From Nitrospirota bacterium (GTDB lineage Bacteria; Nitrospirota; UBA9217): 64,000 nt of DNA. The position numbers and the translations under genes are program-made. The stretch spans positions 576,001 to 640,000 of the forward strand of contig CAWBNQ010000003.1 of NCBI GenBank assembly GCA_963790205.1, written 5' to 3'. The notes under the pieces were generated by a model that was not told the origin of the DNA, did no database searches, and saw only the letters and a list, made by a program, of their open reading frames with translations. Positions 19,384-29,744 of the stretch are shown piece after piece (the stretch's first letter is position 1; every line of letters begins with the position of its first letter).

Positions 19384-21810
19384 ATGAATTTAACATCGAA
19401 AAGTACATCCGACTATAAGGGCCTCTCCCCTGAAGAGTCGCTTCAGCGCCTGGAGACATCCAGAAATGGTCTTACGCAGTCTGAAGCGGTAAAGCGGCTC
19501 GAGACGTTCGGGTACAACGAAATTGTCGAGAAAAAGAAGAACCCTGTCCTCGAATTTCTTCTGCGCTACTGGGGACCCATGCCGTGGCTATTGGAGCTGG
19601 CCATGGCCCTGTCTTTCATATTGAGCCATTATCTTGAAGGGGTGATCATTTTTATACTCCTCACGGTCAACGCTGTCATCGGCCACATGCATTCACGCGG
19701 CTCTCAAAAAGCGGTGGAGCTTCTCAAGAAAAAGCTGGCAATCAAGGCGAAGGCCTTGCGGGACGGGAAATGGGGCATGCAAGAGTCGCGAGAGCTCGTG
19801 CCCGGAGACATTATCTCCGTCGGGCTCGGGGACATCGTGCCGGCCGACGCCAAAATCGTGAGCGGGGGGCTTTCCGTCGACGCCTCGGCCCTGACCGGGG
19901 AGTCCCTGCCTGTGGAGACACATGAATCGGACATCATTTACTCAAGCGCTGTCGTGCGGAGGGGTGCAGCGAGGTGCGTCGTGGTCAATACCGGCGCGCA
20001 CACGTACTTCGGAAAGACCGCGGAACTGGTCAACATAGCCAAGCCCAAGTCCCACCAAGAGGCTGTGATGATGGCCATGGTCAAATATATGATGTACTTT
20101 GGCATAACCGCGTTGGTTCTTGTTCTCGCCTATGGTCTGCTCGCGAATTTGCACGAACACCTCGTCACCGTGCTGACCCTGGCCGTGATTTTTCTCATGG
20201 GCGCGGTCCCCGTGGCCCTTCCGGCGGTGCTCACCATCGTCCAGGCCGTGGGTGCAATGGAGCTTGCCAAGAAGGGTGTGCTGGTGACCAGGCTCGATTC
20301 GATCGAGGATGCGGCTTCCATCGACGTTCTTTGCTTTGACAAAACAGGGACTATAACTCAGAACAGGTTGTCGGTTGCCGATGCCGTTCCGTTTTCCGGG
20401 TTCCGAAAAGAAGACGTCGTCGTCACGGCCGCGTTAGCGTCTCAAAAGGAAGGCATGGACCTCATAGACAGCGCGGTCCTTGAATATGCCAAAACCACGG
20501 GCGCAGAACTCAAGCCCTTTCATCAGCTCTCGTTTAAGCCCTTCGACCCGTCGATCAAGAGAACAGAGGCAATCGTCGAAGTTGCAGGAAGGCGCTTCAA
20601 AGCCGTGAAAGGCGCGGCCCAGGTGGTCATGTCCCTGTGCCGGGACATGGACCAAAAGACGCGAGAGAAGGCGAACGGAACGATCGAGGAGTTCTCGCGG
20701 AACGGATACCGGACGATAGCGGTCGCGCGGTCGGGAGATGATGGATTGGATGATCTCAAATTCGCGGGCTTGCTGCCCATGGCGGACCCGCCCAGGCCGG
20801 AATCAAAAAGCATGATAGAGCAGGCGAGAAAACTGGGGATCAAGCCGATAATGCTTACCGGCGACAGTATGGCCATAGCAAAAGAAATAGCCGGTCAGGT
20901 AGGGATCGGGAGCAACATTATCCGGATGGCGGACATCCAGGGCTTGAGCGAAGAGGAGCAGGTCAAAATCGTGGGAGAATCCAACGGGTTCGCTGAGATC
21001 TATCCCGAGGACAAGTACAAAGTCGTGAAGCTCCTCCAGTCGCAAGGCCACATGGTGGGAATGACCGGAGACGGGGTGAACGATGCGCCGGCGCTCAAAC
21101 AAGCGGAGATGGGAATCGCGGTCAGCAACTCGACCGATGTGGCAAAGGCGTCCGCAAGCGTGGTCCTGACCGAGCCGGGGATCGGCGTGATCATCAATGC
21201 GGTGACCATCAGCAGGCAGACCTACCAGCGGATGCTCACCTGGGTCCTCAATAAAGTCACGAAGGTCATAGAATTCGTCGGGCTGATCACCCTGAGCTTT
21301 TTCTGGCTCCACGATATCGTGCTTTCCCTCCTGGGCATGTCGCTGCTCGTGTTCGCGAACGATTTCGTGACCATGTCCCTGGCGACCGACAGGGTGACCT
21401 CTACGCCCAATCCGAACATATGGAACGTCAGGAACATTACGCTGGCGTCGCTCGTTCCCGGCATGCTCCTGGTCGTGGAAGGCCTGCTCGTGATCCTCAT
21501 GGGGAAAAACTATTTTCATCTTGCATGGGAACAGCTGCGCACCCTGGTCATGCTGAACCTGATATTCAACAGCCAGTTCAGGGTATTGATCGTGCGGGAG
21601 AGGCGGCACTTCTGGTCGTCCTTGCCGGGCAGGGAATTGCTGCTCCTGAGCACGGCGACCATCATCGGATTTGCGCTCCTGGGCGTGTACGGCATCTTTG
21701 TCCCGTCCCTCGCTCCCTCCCAGGTCCTCGCGGTGCTGGGGTTCTCAATAGTCTTTACGCTCGGCATAGACTTTCCCAAATACTATTTGTTCAGGAGGTT
21801 CGGATTATGA
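19384..21810 (+). CDS. plasma-membrane proton-efflux P-type ATPase (P3A)
   Basis: TGES, PVALP, DKTGT and GDGVNDAPALKQA motifs; WGPMPW typical of P3A. Confidence 0.88.
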   Translation: MNLTSKSTSDYKGLSPEESLQRLETSRNGLTQSEAVKRLETFGYNEIVEKKKNPVLEFLLRYWGPMPWLLELAMALSFILSHYLEGVIIFILLTVNAVIGHMHSRGSQKAVELLKKKLAIKAKALRDGKWGMQESRELVPGDIISVGLGDIVPADAKIVSGGLSVDASALTGESLPVETHESDIIYSSAVVRRGAARCVVVNTGAHTYFGKTAELVNIAKPKSHQEAVMMAMVKYMMYFGITALVLVLAYGLLANLHEHLVTVLTLAVIFLMGAVPVALPAVLTIVQAVGAMELAKKGVLVTRLDSIEDAASIDVLCFDKTGTITQNRLSVADAVPFSGFRKEDVVVTAALASQKEGMDLIDSAVLEYAKTTGAELKPFHQLSFKPFDPSIKRTEAIVEVAGRRFKAVKGAAQVVMSLCRDMDQKTREKANGTIEEFSRNGYRTIAVARSGDDGLDDLKFAGLLPMADPPRPESKSMIEQARKLGIKPIMLTGDSMAIAKEIAGQVGIGSNIIRMADIQGLSEEEQVKIVGESNGFAEIYPEDKYKVVKLLQSQGHMVGMTGDGVNDAPALKQAEMGIAVSNSTDVAKASASVVLTEPGIGVIINAVTISRQTYQRMLTWVLNKVTKVIEFVGLITLSFFWLHDIVLSLLGMSLLVFANDFVTMSLATDRVTSTPNPNIWNVRNITLASLVPGMLLVVEGLLVILMGKNYFHLAWEQLRTLVMLNLIFNSQFRVLIVRERRHFWSSLPGRELLLLSTATIIGFALLGVYGIFVPSLAPSQVLAVLGFSIVFTLGIDFPKYYLFRRFGL

Positions 21811-22206
21811 TGATAATGAGGCCGGGAACATTCCTGCGACTTATCCTTACGCCCGGTCGCTTGTACTGTGCATCATGAAAGGTACAGCAGACTCTCTCAA
21901 TTTAGTCGCAAACAAAGTGAACACTTGGAAATTTGAAGCCTTATTACCTGTATTACTTTTATTTTGAGATGAGTTTCATTATTATTATTTTTTAGTTGAC
22001 AGGCAGCACTCTACCAGCACTCTACCCTAATATTTGAAACAGCTTGTTGTAGTAGTCGGTCCAGGCGCGGAGGGTAAGAGCGTTTGCATTAAAATTTCAA
22101 AAACCTTCACGCACTTTCAGGGTTTCCCCCCGGCAACCGTACGTTTTTTAGGCCATGGCAGTTCACTCTCATTGCCCTTCCGGCTTGTACGATTCAAAGA
22201 TTACTA

Positions 22207-23088
22207 TTACGCTGCCTGGGCTGTGGCCTCTTTCCATTCGCCCGCAACCTCCTTAACAAAGTCCTCGAAACTGTGCGGCTTGCGGCCGAGGAGCCTTTGC
22301 TGCCTTTCCAGGTCGGCCGCGCTGGCAGCCATCCCGTGGTCCTGGTAGAACTTGTACATTACCCGGTAATCACGGACCTTCCATTCCGGCATGACGTTCC
22401 TGACCCGCTGCACCCACGCATCGAGGTCGTTGCCGCCGTAGCGGACGTCTCTGCCGACGTATTGGCTGTAAATACGGGCGATATCAATGCCGGTCAAGGT
22501 GTCCGGACCGTGGAGCGCAAGGGTCTGTCCCTCAAAGCCCGGCTTGGTCAACGCATTCACGGCACACTCGGCGATGTCCCGTACATCGACACGGTTCAAG
22601 CCGATCTTGCCGATGGGGGGCAGATATATGCCGTACTGCATGATCATGTCCTTCAACGCCAAGTCGTTCTGGAAGAAGTTGTTCGGCCTCAGGATCGTGT
22701 AGGCGATGCCGGACTCTTTTATGGCGTTCTCGACCGGTATCTTGCTGCCGAAGTGCGGGATGTGCGTCGACCCCTCGGGCATGGAGACCGACAGGTAGAC
22801 GATCTTCTTGACGCCGGCTGATTTGGCCGCCTCAACAGCGGCTCGGCCTTGACTGGTCTCGCTCGGGCCCACGGTATTGACCAGGAACACGCTGTCTGCG
22901 CCGGGAAAAGCAGAGGAAAGCGTGTCCGGATTATCCAGGTCCGCGAGGCGTCCTTCGACTCCCGACGGCAGTCCCTTGAGCTTATTAACTGAGCGGGACA
23001 TGCACCGCACATTGACGCCCTGGGCCGCAAGTTTTTTCATGACCACGCTGCCAACCGTTCCGGTGCAGCCGATAACCAGTGTTTTCAT
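22207..23088 (-). CDS. NmrA-like NAD(P)-binding protein
   Basis: IGCTGTVG Rossmann motif, YTILRPNNFFQN, VDVRDIA. Confidence 0.85.
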   Translation of the reverse strand: MKTLVIGCTGTVGSVVMKKLAAQGVNVRCMSRSVNKLKGLPSGVEGRLADLDNPDTLSSAFPGADSVFLVNTVGPSETSQGRAAVEAAKSAGVKKIVYLSVSMPEGSTHIPHFGSKIPVENAIKESGIAYTILRPNNFFQNDLALKDMIMQYGIYLPPIGKIGLNRVDVRDIAECAVNALTKPGFEGQTLALHGPDTLTGIDIARIYSQYVGRDVRYGGNDLDAWVQRVRNVMPEWKVRDYRVMYKFYQDHGMAASAADLERQQRLLGRKPHSFEDFVKEVAGEWKEATAQAA

Positions 23089-23394
23089 GGATTGTCCCTC
23101 CTTCATTGTACGCATAGTAGATCTTTTCACTTTCGTGTAAAAAAGTTTGGAACAGGTTGATTGATGCGCCTCTCTATAAAAAGTATTGCACGGTATTTTC
23201 AGCCTGTCAAATCTACAGAACGGGTAGAGACGATGTGCTGTAGCGTAATACTTTTATCATATAGCAGGAAGGGGCAACTCAGTAAGAATGCGAACGCCGA
23301 GTTCGGCCAAGCCATTTGGCGCACAGGACTTATCCTGAGTATTTAAAAAATGGAATAGACCTCTTTGCAGGATTCATGAGAGGAAGGGTAGAAG

Positions 23395-23446
23395 AAACGG
23401 CGTGGAATTGAAAGGAAGTCCGCCTTTAAGCAATTCCACGCCGTTT
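23395..23446 (-). terminator. intrinsic terminator downstream of pal
   Basis: perfect 16-bp inverted repeat AAACGGCGTGGAATTG / CAATTCCACGCCGTTT. Confidence 0.75.
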
Positions 23447-23457
23447 GTGATGCGCTG

Positions 23458-24003
23458 CTAGTCGTTTACCGCGACGAGATCATCGCGCCGGTTTTTTTGC
23501 CAGCACTCCTCAGTGCTTTCCGTGCAGACCGGTTTTTCTTTACCATAGCTGATGAGGGTAATGCGTTTGGCCGAAATTCCCAGGTCTGTGAGGAATTTTT
23601 TGGCGCTCGAAGCGCGGCGCTGTCCCAGCGACTGGTTATATTCTTTCGTTCCTCGCTCGTCGCAATTCCCTTCGATCCTTACTTTTACCGTCGGATTCGC
23701 CTTGAGCCACTCGGCGTTCACCTTCATTACCTCCCGGGCGTCGTCACGGACAAAAGATTTGTTGAAATCGAAGTAGATCGGCTGGATGCCCGACGACGCC
23801 GTGGAGGATCGCTCGGCCGGTCCCCCTTTTGCCTGGGTACCCGTTTCCGAACTTGCGGCCGGTTTCTGATCGCCGCTCTGAACGGCCCCCCCGTTCGATG
23901 CTTCCGGTGTGGCAGTAATCTGAGCATTCTTGGGGCAGCCCCATAGTGTAAGCGAACTCGCCAGTAGAATGAATGTATAGTGCAGTATTCTGGGATGTTT
24001 CAT
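23458..24003 (-). CDS. pal: peptidoglycan-associated lipoprotein (OmpA-like domain)
   Basis: lipobox LWGC, IYFDFNK, EGNCDERGTKEYN, SYGKEKP and NRR motifs. Confidence 0.92.
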   Translation of the reverse strand: MKHPRILHYTFILLASSLTLWGCPKNAQITATPEASNGGAVQSGDQKPAASSETGTQAKGGPAERSSTASSGIQPIYFDFNKSFVRDDAREVMKVNAEWLKANPTVKVRIEGNCDERGTKEYNQSLGQRRASSAKKFLTDLGISAKRITLISYGKEKPVCTESTEECWQKNRRDDLVAVND

Positions 24004-24177
24004 GTAGGTCTCCTTATTCTTTAATATATTTTATGAAAAAAGACAGCGATTTCCAAGATCCCTCCGCGCGGTCGCTTGCAGAGACCGACTGTTGACACTA
24101 AACCACTGTTCTGGAATGTGCTCAAGACTAACGTTCCGGCGGTACGGATATGTGAATCTGTCGGTGAAGTGGGAAAA

Positions 24178-24642
24178 TCACCCCAAGGGGGGAGAATGGC
24201 CTGCGTATACCGTGGAGAAGCCCTCCCGAGTGCCGTGAAACGCAACGTGCCCGGCAATCCGGCAGCCGGTTAGGACGGGAGGCGTATAATGGTCTTTCGG
24301 GATTGATGCCGTGTCGAACAACAATAGTTTTGCTGCCGCGTTTTCCGGCAGGAGCGCGCGCTTTTTCTTGATTATAACGGTATCGCCGGTGTGGTCCGGT
24401 TCGGTCTCCGCCGGCGAAGCAACATTCTCCATGACGAGTTCCCACAGGAAAAGACGGATATGTTTTACGACAGGAGATGCCGGGCTTGACTCACGCTTGT
24501 TTTCGAGGTTTTTTTGTTCTAAAAACGTATAGGTAAGGGGAGATATCGCGTAGACGATATAATAGAGAAAGAAAAGAAGCGTGAACAGTCGTTTTTTCCC
24601 GAGAGAGAAAGTCATCATACCATGGACCCAATGACGCATCAT
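24178..24642 (-). CDS. hypothetical protein with N-terminal hydrophobic helix and C-terminal GHSPP
   Basis: ORF preceded by a consensus sigma70 promoter. Confidence 0.6.
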   Translation of the reverse strand: MMRHWVHGMMTFSLGKKRLFTLLFFLYYIVYAISPLTYTFLEQKNLENKRESSPASPVVKHIRLFLWELVMENVASPAETEPDHTGDTVIIKKKRALLPENAAAKLLLFDTASIPKDHYTPPVLTGCRIAGHVAFHGTREGFSTVYAGHSPPLG

Positions 24643-24660
24643 GTGCCTGAAATAAAAGTC

Positions 24661-24689
24661 ATGCTAGCAAATCGTGGCCGGCTTGTCAA
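24661..24689 (-). promoter_or_regulatory. sigma70-type promoter
   Basis: TTGACA-17 nt-TAGCAT on minus strand. Confidence 0.6.
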
Positions 24690-24714
24690 GAAAGCAATGA
24701 TCACAGCATCGCCC

Positions 24715-25110
24715 GCACGCTCATCGTCGCTGCGGATCAGATGATGTCCATCGGGACCAGGAGGTCGCAGGTGGAGTCGAAGAGCAGGTCCGCGCGGGCC
24801 GGAAACTCCTTGTCTTCCAGCCAGAGCGAGAGGATGACCGGGACCTTCGGCCGGGGAAAAAACGAAGGGCCGCGTCCCCAGGATTTACAAGCTCACCGCC
24901 GAGGCTTTCCCCTTTATCGAGAAATCCTGCCTTGTTCCTTCCGTGTTTCCCTGCCAGCGGCTCCAGCGGCAGAACCTGCGAGCCTTTCGTGAAGATATCT
25001 CTTCCCCTGATGTTCCGAAGTTTCAACAGACTGCGGTGCAGGAGAGGTTCCTGGAGTTTGCAGGCACCATATAGCTGCGATTTGCTCGCAATGATGACAA
25101 AAAAAATAGA
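24715..25110 (-). pseudogene. degraded DUF3786-family gene
   Basis: fragments IFTKGSQVLPLEPLA...GDAALRF and VPVILSLWLEDKEFPARADLLFDSTC lie in different frames, with an internal stop. Confidence 0.6.
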
Positions 25111-25397
25111 AATCTGCTCATCTTTTATCAGCTTTCATACTATCAGATTCTTTTCTGTTTTCAAAGGAGAATCATGTTCCATATTTAAACACTCAAATTT
25201 TTAGTCAGTTTCCGTTGAACCTATTGCATTATCATTAGTTGTATTGCATTTTCGGCCCGTAAACAAAGGTTCAATCCCATTTTTTATCAGCTGCCGTGAA
25301 TTGATTTTAATATGCAGTGCTCATCTGAGTTCAAATATGAAACGTGACAATTATTTGTAATTTTAAAATTAATTAATAAAAACAATATATTATATAT

Positions 25398-25413
25398 TGG
25401 CATCCATGTTGCT
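25398..25413 (+). promoter_or_regulatory. sigma54 (-24/-12) promoter
   Basis: TGGCAT-CCATG-TTGCT with correct GG/GC spacing, AT-rich upstream region, about 40 nt before ATG. Confidence 0.75.
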
Positions 25414-25453
25414 TTAGTAATATCAGCATTTCAAGCTAAGGAGGCCTCTTAAT

Positions 25454-25951
25454 ATGGGAAAGAGACAGTTGTTGTTCGTCACTTACGGCGATGAGAACCT
25501 CGAGGAAGGGGTCTCGTACGCTATCGAGCTTGCGAAGGCGATGTACGAGGATATCACGCTGCTGCTTGTCCAGAAGAAGAACAATCTCATGGAGAAGCTT
25601 GGCAATCTGATGACGGCCGTGAGCTTTGCCGAGGCGGATGACCATGAAACGGCGCGGCAGATCATGGCCGGCGGCTCTCAGGACGGGCACGAGAGATTGG
25701 AGAGGAAGCTCGCAGAACTCGCGGAGCGCTGCAAACGGGAAGGGGTCCAGGTTAACGTGCAGCATACGGGCCTGGACGCTGTAGCGGGCATCCGGACGTT
25801 TCTCCGGGAGCACACGGGGATTGACAAAGTCGTTCTGAGCCCGGTGGTGACTGAGGCGGGCAATGTTACCGCCAAGGACCTGAACCGGCTCGTGCGCACG
25901 GCGTCCCGGCCGATCGTGACCATGACCCGGCAGGCCTGTGTTGTCGGGTAA
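25454..25951 (+). CDS. USP-like hypothetical protein
   Basis: AAGGAGG RBS; LLFVT...GVSYAIELAK degenerate USP fold. Confidence 0.65.
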   Translation: MGKRQLLFVTYGDENLEEGVSYAIELAKAMYEDITLLLVQKKNNLMEKLGNLMTAVSFAEADDHETARQIMAGGSQDGHERLERKLAELAERCKREGVQVNVQHTGLDAVAGIRTFLREHTGIDKVVLSPVVTEAGNVTAKDLNRLVRTASRPIVTMTRQACVVG

Positions 25952-26080
25952 TTGTAAACAAAAACTTTTTCACCGCAGAGAACGCAGGGAACCGTTTATT
26001 TTTGTTTTACCTCAGACGTCCTCCGCGAGCTTTGCAATAAACTAAAAGCGTCAAATAAACCATACGAAAAGGAGCATGCG

Positions 26081-27007
26081 ATGTACCTGTATCTACCTGT
26101 AGCATTGACCAGCATCAACATCTTGATCCCTGTGGGGCTTGGGCTTGCCGTGGGCCTGCTGTCCGGCCTCTTCGGCGTGGGCGGCGGATTCCTGATGACC
26201 CCGCTCCTCATCATGTTCGGCATTCCCTCGACCGTTGCAGCAGCGACCGATTCGAACCAGATTGTGGCGGCCTCGACCTCCGGGACCTATGCGCACTGGA
26301 AGGTCGGGAACGTTGATTTCAAGATGGGGCTGTACCTTCTCGTCGGCGGTTTTATCGGCGGCATAGTCGGGGTGCAGGTCATCAAGGTCCTCCATGCCAT
26401 GGGCAATGCCGATTTCGTCATCAAGATGACCTATGTGTTTATGCTCGGCATCGTCGGCGTCTACATGTTCATCGAGAGCCTCCAAAGCATGAGAAAGAAA
26501 AAGACCGCCGTGGTGGAGAAGAAAAAAGAGGAGAAAGAGTCCGCCGTGGGCAGGTTCCTCAAGTCTCTGCCGCTTCAGACGCATTTTGAAAAATCGGGCA
26601 TCACCCATTCGGTCCTGGTCCCCATAGTCCTCGGCGGGTTCGTGGGCGTGCTTGCCGCCATCATGGGCGTGGGCGGCGGGTTCCTCATGGTGCCGATCAT
26701 GGTCTACATGCTCCGGATGCCGATGCACGTGGTGGTCGGGACGAGCCTGTTCCAGATCCTGTTCACCTGCATCGAGGTAACGTTCCTCCAGGCCTATACG
26801 AACCACAGTGTGGACTTTGTCCTTGCCGTACTCCTGCTTCTGGGGTCCACGATCGGGGCGCAGGCAGGCGCGGTCATGGGAAGAAAGCTCAAGGCCGAAC
26901 AGCTCAAGATCCTCCTCGCGGGGATCGTGCTCGTGGTGACCGTGAAGATCATCTTCGAACTGACGCTCGCACCGTCATTACTTCTCTCTCAGGCAGGAGG
27001 ACACTAA
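26081..27007 (+). CDS. TauE/SafE (TSUP) family transporter
   Basis: duplicated GLFGVGGGFL / IMGVGGGFL motifs, VGTSLFQI. Confidence 0.92.
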   Translation: MYLYLPVALTSINILIPVGLGLAVGLLSGLFGVGGGFLMTPLLIMFGIPSTVAAATDSNQIVAASTSGTYAHWKVGNVDFKMGLYLLVGGFIGGIVGVQVIKVLHAMGNADFVIKMTYVFMLGIVGVYMFIESLQSMRKKKTAVVEKKKEEKESAVGRFLKSLPLQTHFEKSGITHSVLVPIVLGGFVGVLAAIMGVGGGFLMVPIMVYMLRMPMHVVVGTSLFQILFTCIEVTFLQAYTNHSVDFVLAVLLLLGSTIGAQAGAVMGRKLKAEQLKILLAGIVLVVTVKIIFELTLAPSLLLSQAGGH

Positions 27008-27843
27008 TGCATATCCATTTACATTCGCTCCTGATTCATTATGCCAGGTTTTTTGGCAGTACGCGGTTTTTAAGCACGTTGATTCTCATGTTGGTGTTTT
27101 CACTGTTCCAGTTCGCCAGCGCAAAACCGGCATCGGCAATGCTGACAGCTAAGGCGAACCATGATCACATCACCATCGATTTCTTCTATCACGGAAGCAC
27201 CGTAAGCGTAAAGGGCGAGTCTGACCCGGGCGTCGATCTCGTCATCAAGATGACCTCTCCCGAGGGGCATCAGGTCCTGAAGCAGAAAGGGAAGGTCGGA
27301 GGACTTTTGTGGATGAATGTGGGACAGCTCAAGTTCGAGCAAACGCCCAACTTCTACGCCGTGTACAGCACAAAGAAGCTCGATGAGATATTGAACAAGG
27401 AAGAGCAGGAAAATTATGTCATCGGCTACCCGGCGCTTGAAAAGCACATTACGGTAACTCCGGTAAACGGCGAAGAAGAGAAAGCTAAGTGGTTCGATGA
27501 ATTCGTCAAGTACAAGGAGGAGTCCAGGGTGTATGCAAACTCCTTCGGGAAAATAGAGACAAAGGTGAATGCCCAGGGGCAGCAGGAATATTTCATCTTG
27601 ACCGATTGGCCTTATCAGGCTGCCCCCGGCGATTATCTGGTAACGGTCTATGCAGTGAAGAAGGGGAAGGTTGTGGAACAGGCTGAGTCGAAGGTGAACG
27701 TCGAACAGGTCGGCGTGGTCAAAACACTCGCTACCATGGCTAAGAACAGCGCTGCGTTCTACGGACTTCTCTCGATCGGTATCGCGCTCGGCGCCGGCTT
27801 CGGCGTCGGCCTGGTGTTTAGGAAGGGCGGAGGTTCTCATTAA
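27007..27843 (+). CDS. TIGR02186 family membrane-anchored protein
   Basis: ITIDFFYHGS and KGKVGGLLWMN motifs, C-terminal TM helix; TAATG-coupled to TauE gene. Confidence 0.8.
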   Translation: MHIHLHSLLIHYARFFGSTRFLSTLILMLVFSLFQFASAKPASAMLTAKANHDHITIDFFYHGSTVSVKGESDPGVDLVIKMTSPEGHQVLKQKGKVGGLLWMNVGQLKFEQTPNFYAVYSTKKLDEILNKEEQENYVIGYPALEKHITVTPVNGEEEKAKWFDEFVKYKEESRVYANSFGKIETKVNAQGQQEYFILTDWPYQAAPGDYLVTVYAVKKGKVVEQAESKVNVEQVGVVKTLATMAKNSAAFYGLLSIGIALGAGFGVGLVFRKGGGSH

Positions 27844-27845
27844 GC

Positions 27846-28709
27846 ATGTATAAATCAATTATCGTTGGATACGACGAGTCGCTTTCGAGCAAGGCCGCGC
27901 TCAAGGAAGCGTCGCTCCGGATAAAGCGGCAGGGCGGTACGCTGGTCCTCGTCCATGCGGTGTATTTCGATCAGGAGGAGTTCGCGATCTTGCCGTCACA
28001 GATGGAAAAGCGTTTTGAATTCGGTACCCACGTGTGTCTCCAGGCGAAAAAAGACCTTCATGATGAATTCGGGTTGAACGGCAGCGTCGAGTCGTTTGTA
28101 TGCGAGGGCGAGCCGCCCGATGTTATCGTTGAAACGGCCCAGGGAAAGAAGGCCGATCTCATCGCCCTCGGCACCTACGGCAGGAAGGGACTCAAGCGCC
28201 TGCTAATGGGCAGCGTGACGTCGCAGGTCATTTTGAACTCGCCCTGTGATGTTCTAGTGGTCAAAAATCCCTGCGAGAAGTGCGCAGGCGCCTATGGATC
28301 GCTCCTCGTTCCATTCGACGGGTCGGACACCAGCAAAAAAGCGCTGGTCCGGGCCTGCGAGTTGTCAAAAAGCGACGGCTCGGAGATTTCGGTCCTGTAT
28401 GTGATCCCGCGCTATGAGGAAATGATGGATTTTTTCAAGACTGAAACCATCAAGAAGAGCCTCTATCAGGAAGCGGAAAAGATCGCAGAAGGGGCCAAAA
28501 AAATCGCGGCCGCGCAGGGGACGCAAATCAAGGCAGTTGTTCAGGAAGGCCATGCGGGCGAGAAGATCGTGGAGATTGCTGACAAGCTCAAGAACGACCT
28601 GATCGTCATGGGGACCCACGGCTGGCGGGGCATGGACAAAGCGATCCTGGGAAGCACGACGGAGCGGATTATTGCGTACGCATCGTGTCCCATATTGATT
28701 GTCAGATAA
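27846..28709 (+). CDS. tandem universal stress protein
   Basis: two USP domains with GTYGRKGLKRLLMGS and GTHGWRG...LGST. Confidence 0.9.
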   Translation: MYKSIIVGYDESLSSKAALKEASLRIKRQGGTLVLVHAVYFDQEEFAILPSQMEKRFEFGTHVCLQAKKDLHDEFGLNGSVESFVCEGEPPDVIVETAQGKKADLIALGTYGRKGLKRLLMGSVTSQVILNSPCDVLVVKNPCEKCAGAYGSLLVPFDGSDTSKKALVRACELSKSDGSEISVLYVIPRYEEMMDFFKTETIKKSLYQEAEKIAEGAKKIAAAQGTQIKAVVQEGHAGEKIVEIADKLKNDLIVMGTHGWRGMDKAILGSTTERIIAYASCPILIVR

Positions 28710-28808
28710 CAAAATTAACCACAGAGGATGCGGGAGGCCGGGGAAAGGCGCTTACTTGTTTGATTTATCGTCTGTGGTGAAGATATTCTTTATGAGGAGT
28801 GCAGCGAT

Positions 28809-29231
28809 ATGAAAGGCTATAGAAAAGTATTGATCGCGCTAAACGGCTCAAAGGAAGTTCTGCAGCAGGGCATCAGGCTTGCCCGGGACGAGAAGACCTG
28901 GATCACCGTGGTAAAGGTCGTTCGGCCGTTCGACGGAGAGCTGAACCTCACGGGCATAAAAAACCTGAACGACGTGCTCGATGACGGCGGAACCGCGGCC
29001 GTCAGGGAAATCAACAAGACCGCCGAATACGAGGGCGCCCTGGTGAAGACCAGGCTGGAGCAGGGCGACGTGCCGCAGCGGATCGTGGAGGTCGCGGAAG
29101 AGGAAAAGTGCGATCTCATCATCATGGGCTCGAAAAAGAAAAAGGGCATCCTGAGCAGGCTCTTCGGCGACCACGTGGTGGAAAAGGTCATCGACCGCGC
29201 CCCGTGCCCGGTGTTCGTCGTCGGGATATAA
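28809..29231 (+). CDS. universal stress protein
   Basis: CDLIIMGS...[12 protein letters not shown]. Confidence 0.88.
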   Translation: MKGYRKVLIALNGSKEVLQQGIRLARDEKTWITVVKVVRPFDGELNLTGIKNLNDVLDDGGTAAVREINKTAEYEGALVKTRLEQGDVPQRIVEVAEEEKCDLIIMGSKKKKGILSRLFGDHVVEKVIDRAPCPVFVVGI

Positions 29232-29269
29232 ATTACTATTTATCAGCATTGAAAAAAGGAGTATTAATC

Positions 29270-29455
29270 ATGGAAGGGTTATTTCAGCCTTTGCATCTGA
29301 TCGTTATTCTATTCATTGTATTGATCATCTTCGGCCCGGGTAAGCTCCCGGAGTTCGGAGAAGGCCTTGGGAAGAGCATCAAGGCCTTTAAGAAGGCCCT
29401 GAGAGAGGGACAGGATTCATCGGTGATAGAGCACAAGGAAGAGAAAAAATCCTGA
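29270..29455 (+). CDS. tatA: twin-arginine translocase TatA/TatE subunit
   Basis: TM helix plus [30 protein letters not shown]. Confidence 0.9.
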   Translation: MEGLFQPLHLIVILFIVLIIFGPGKLPEFGEGLGKSIKAFKKALREGQDSSVIEHKEEKKS

Positions 29456-29744
29456 TCTCTGACGTTAAAATAAGCAGTAATAAGCAGTAAGATGAATGGT
29501 GGGAAGATTGTCAGCTTTTTCAATGCAGCGATTCTGCTGCGATGGAGAAAGGTCTTCCCATAGCAACATCCTATTATTCCAGCAAGGTATGACGCTGTCG
29601 AGGGCAATTGCCGGCTCGGCAAGAAGTTGTAATATATCACAGACTGAGGGGAAAGGTCCTCAAGAATTGCGCGAGAAAAGGATATTTTTGGATTATGAAG
29701 TATCGCTTTGGCTTTCGTAACTGTCTTCAGGACGTTAGTATAGA

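Noticed and set aside
22004..22026. 11-bp tandem repeat CAGCACTCTAC x2
   Set aside because: Only two copies between convergent genes; no supporting context.
24667..24682. sigma54 promoter on minus strand
   Set aside because: GG-to-GC spacing is one base short; a sigma70 TTGACA-17-TAGCAT fits better.
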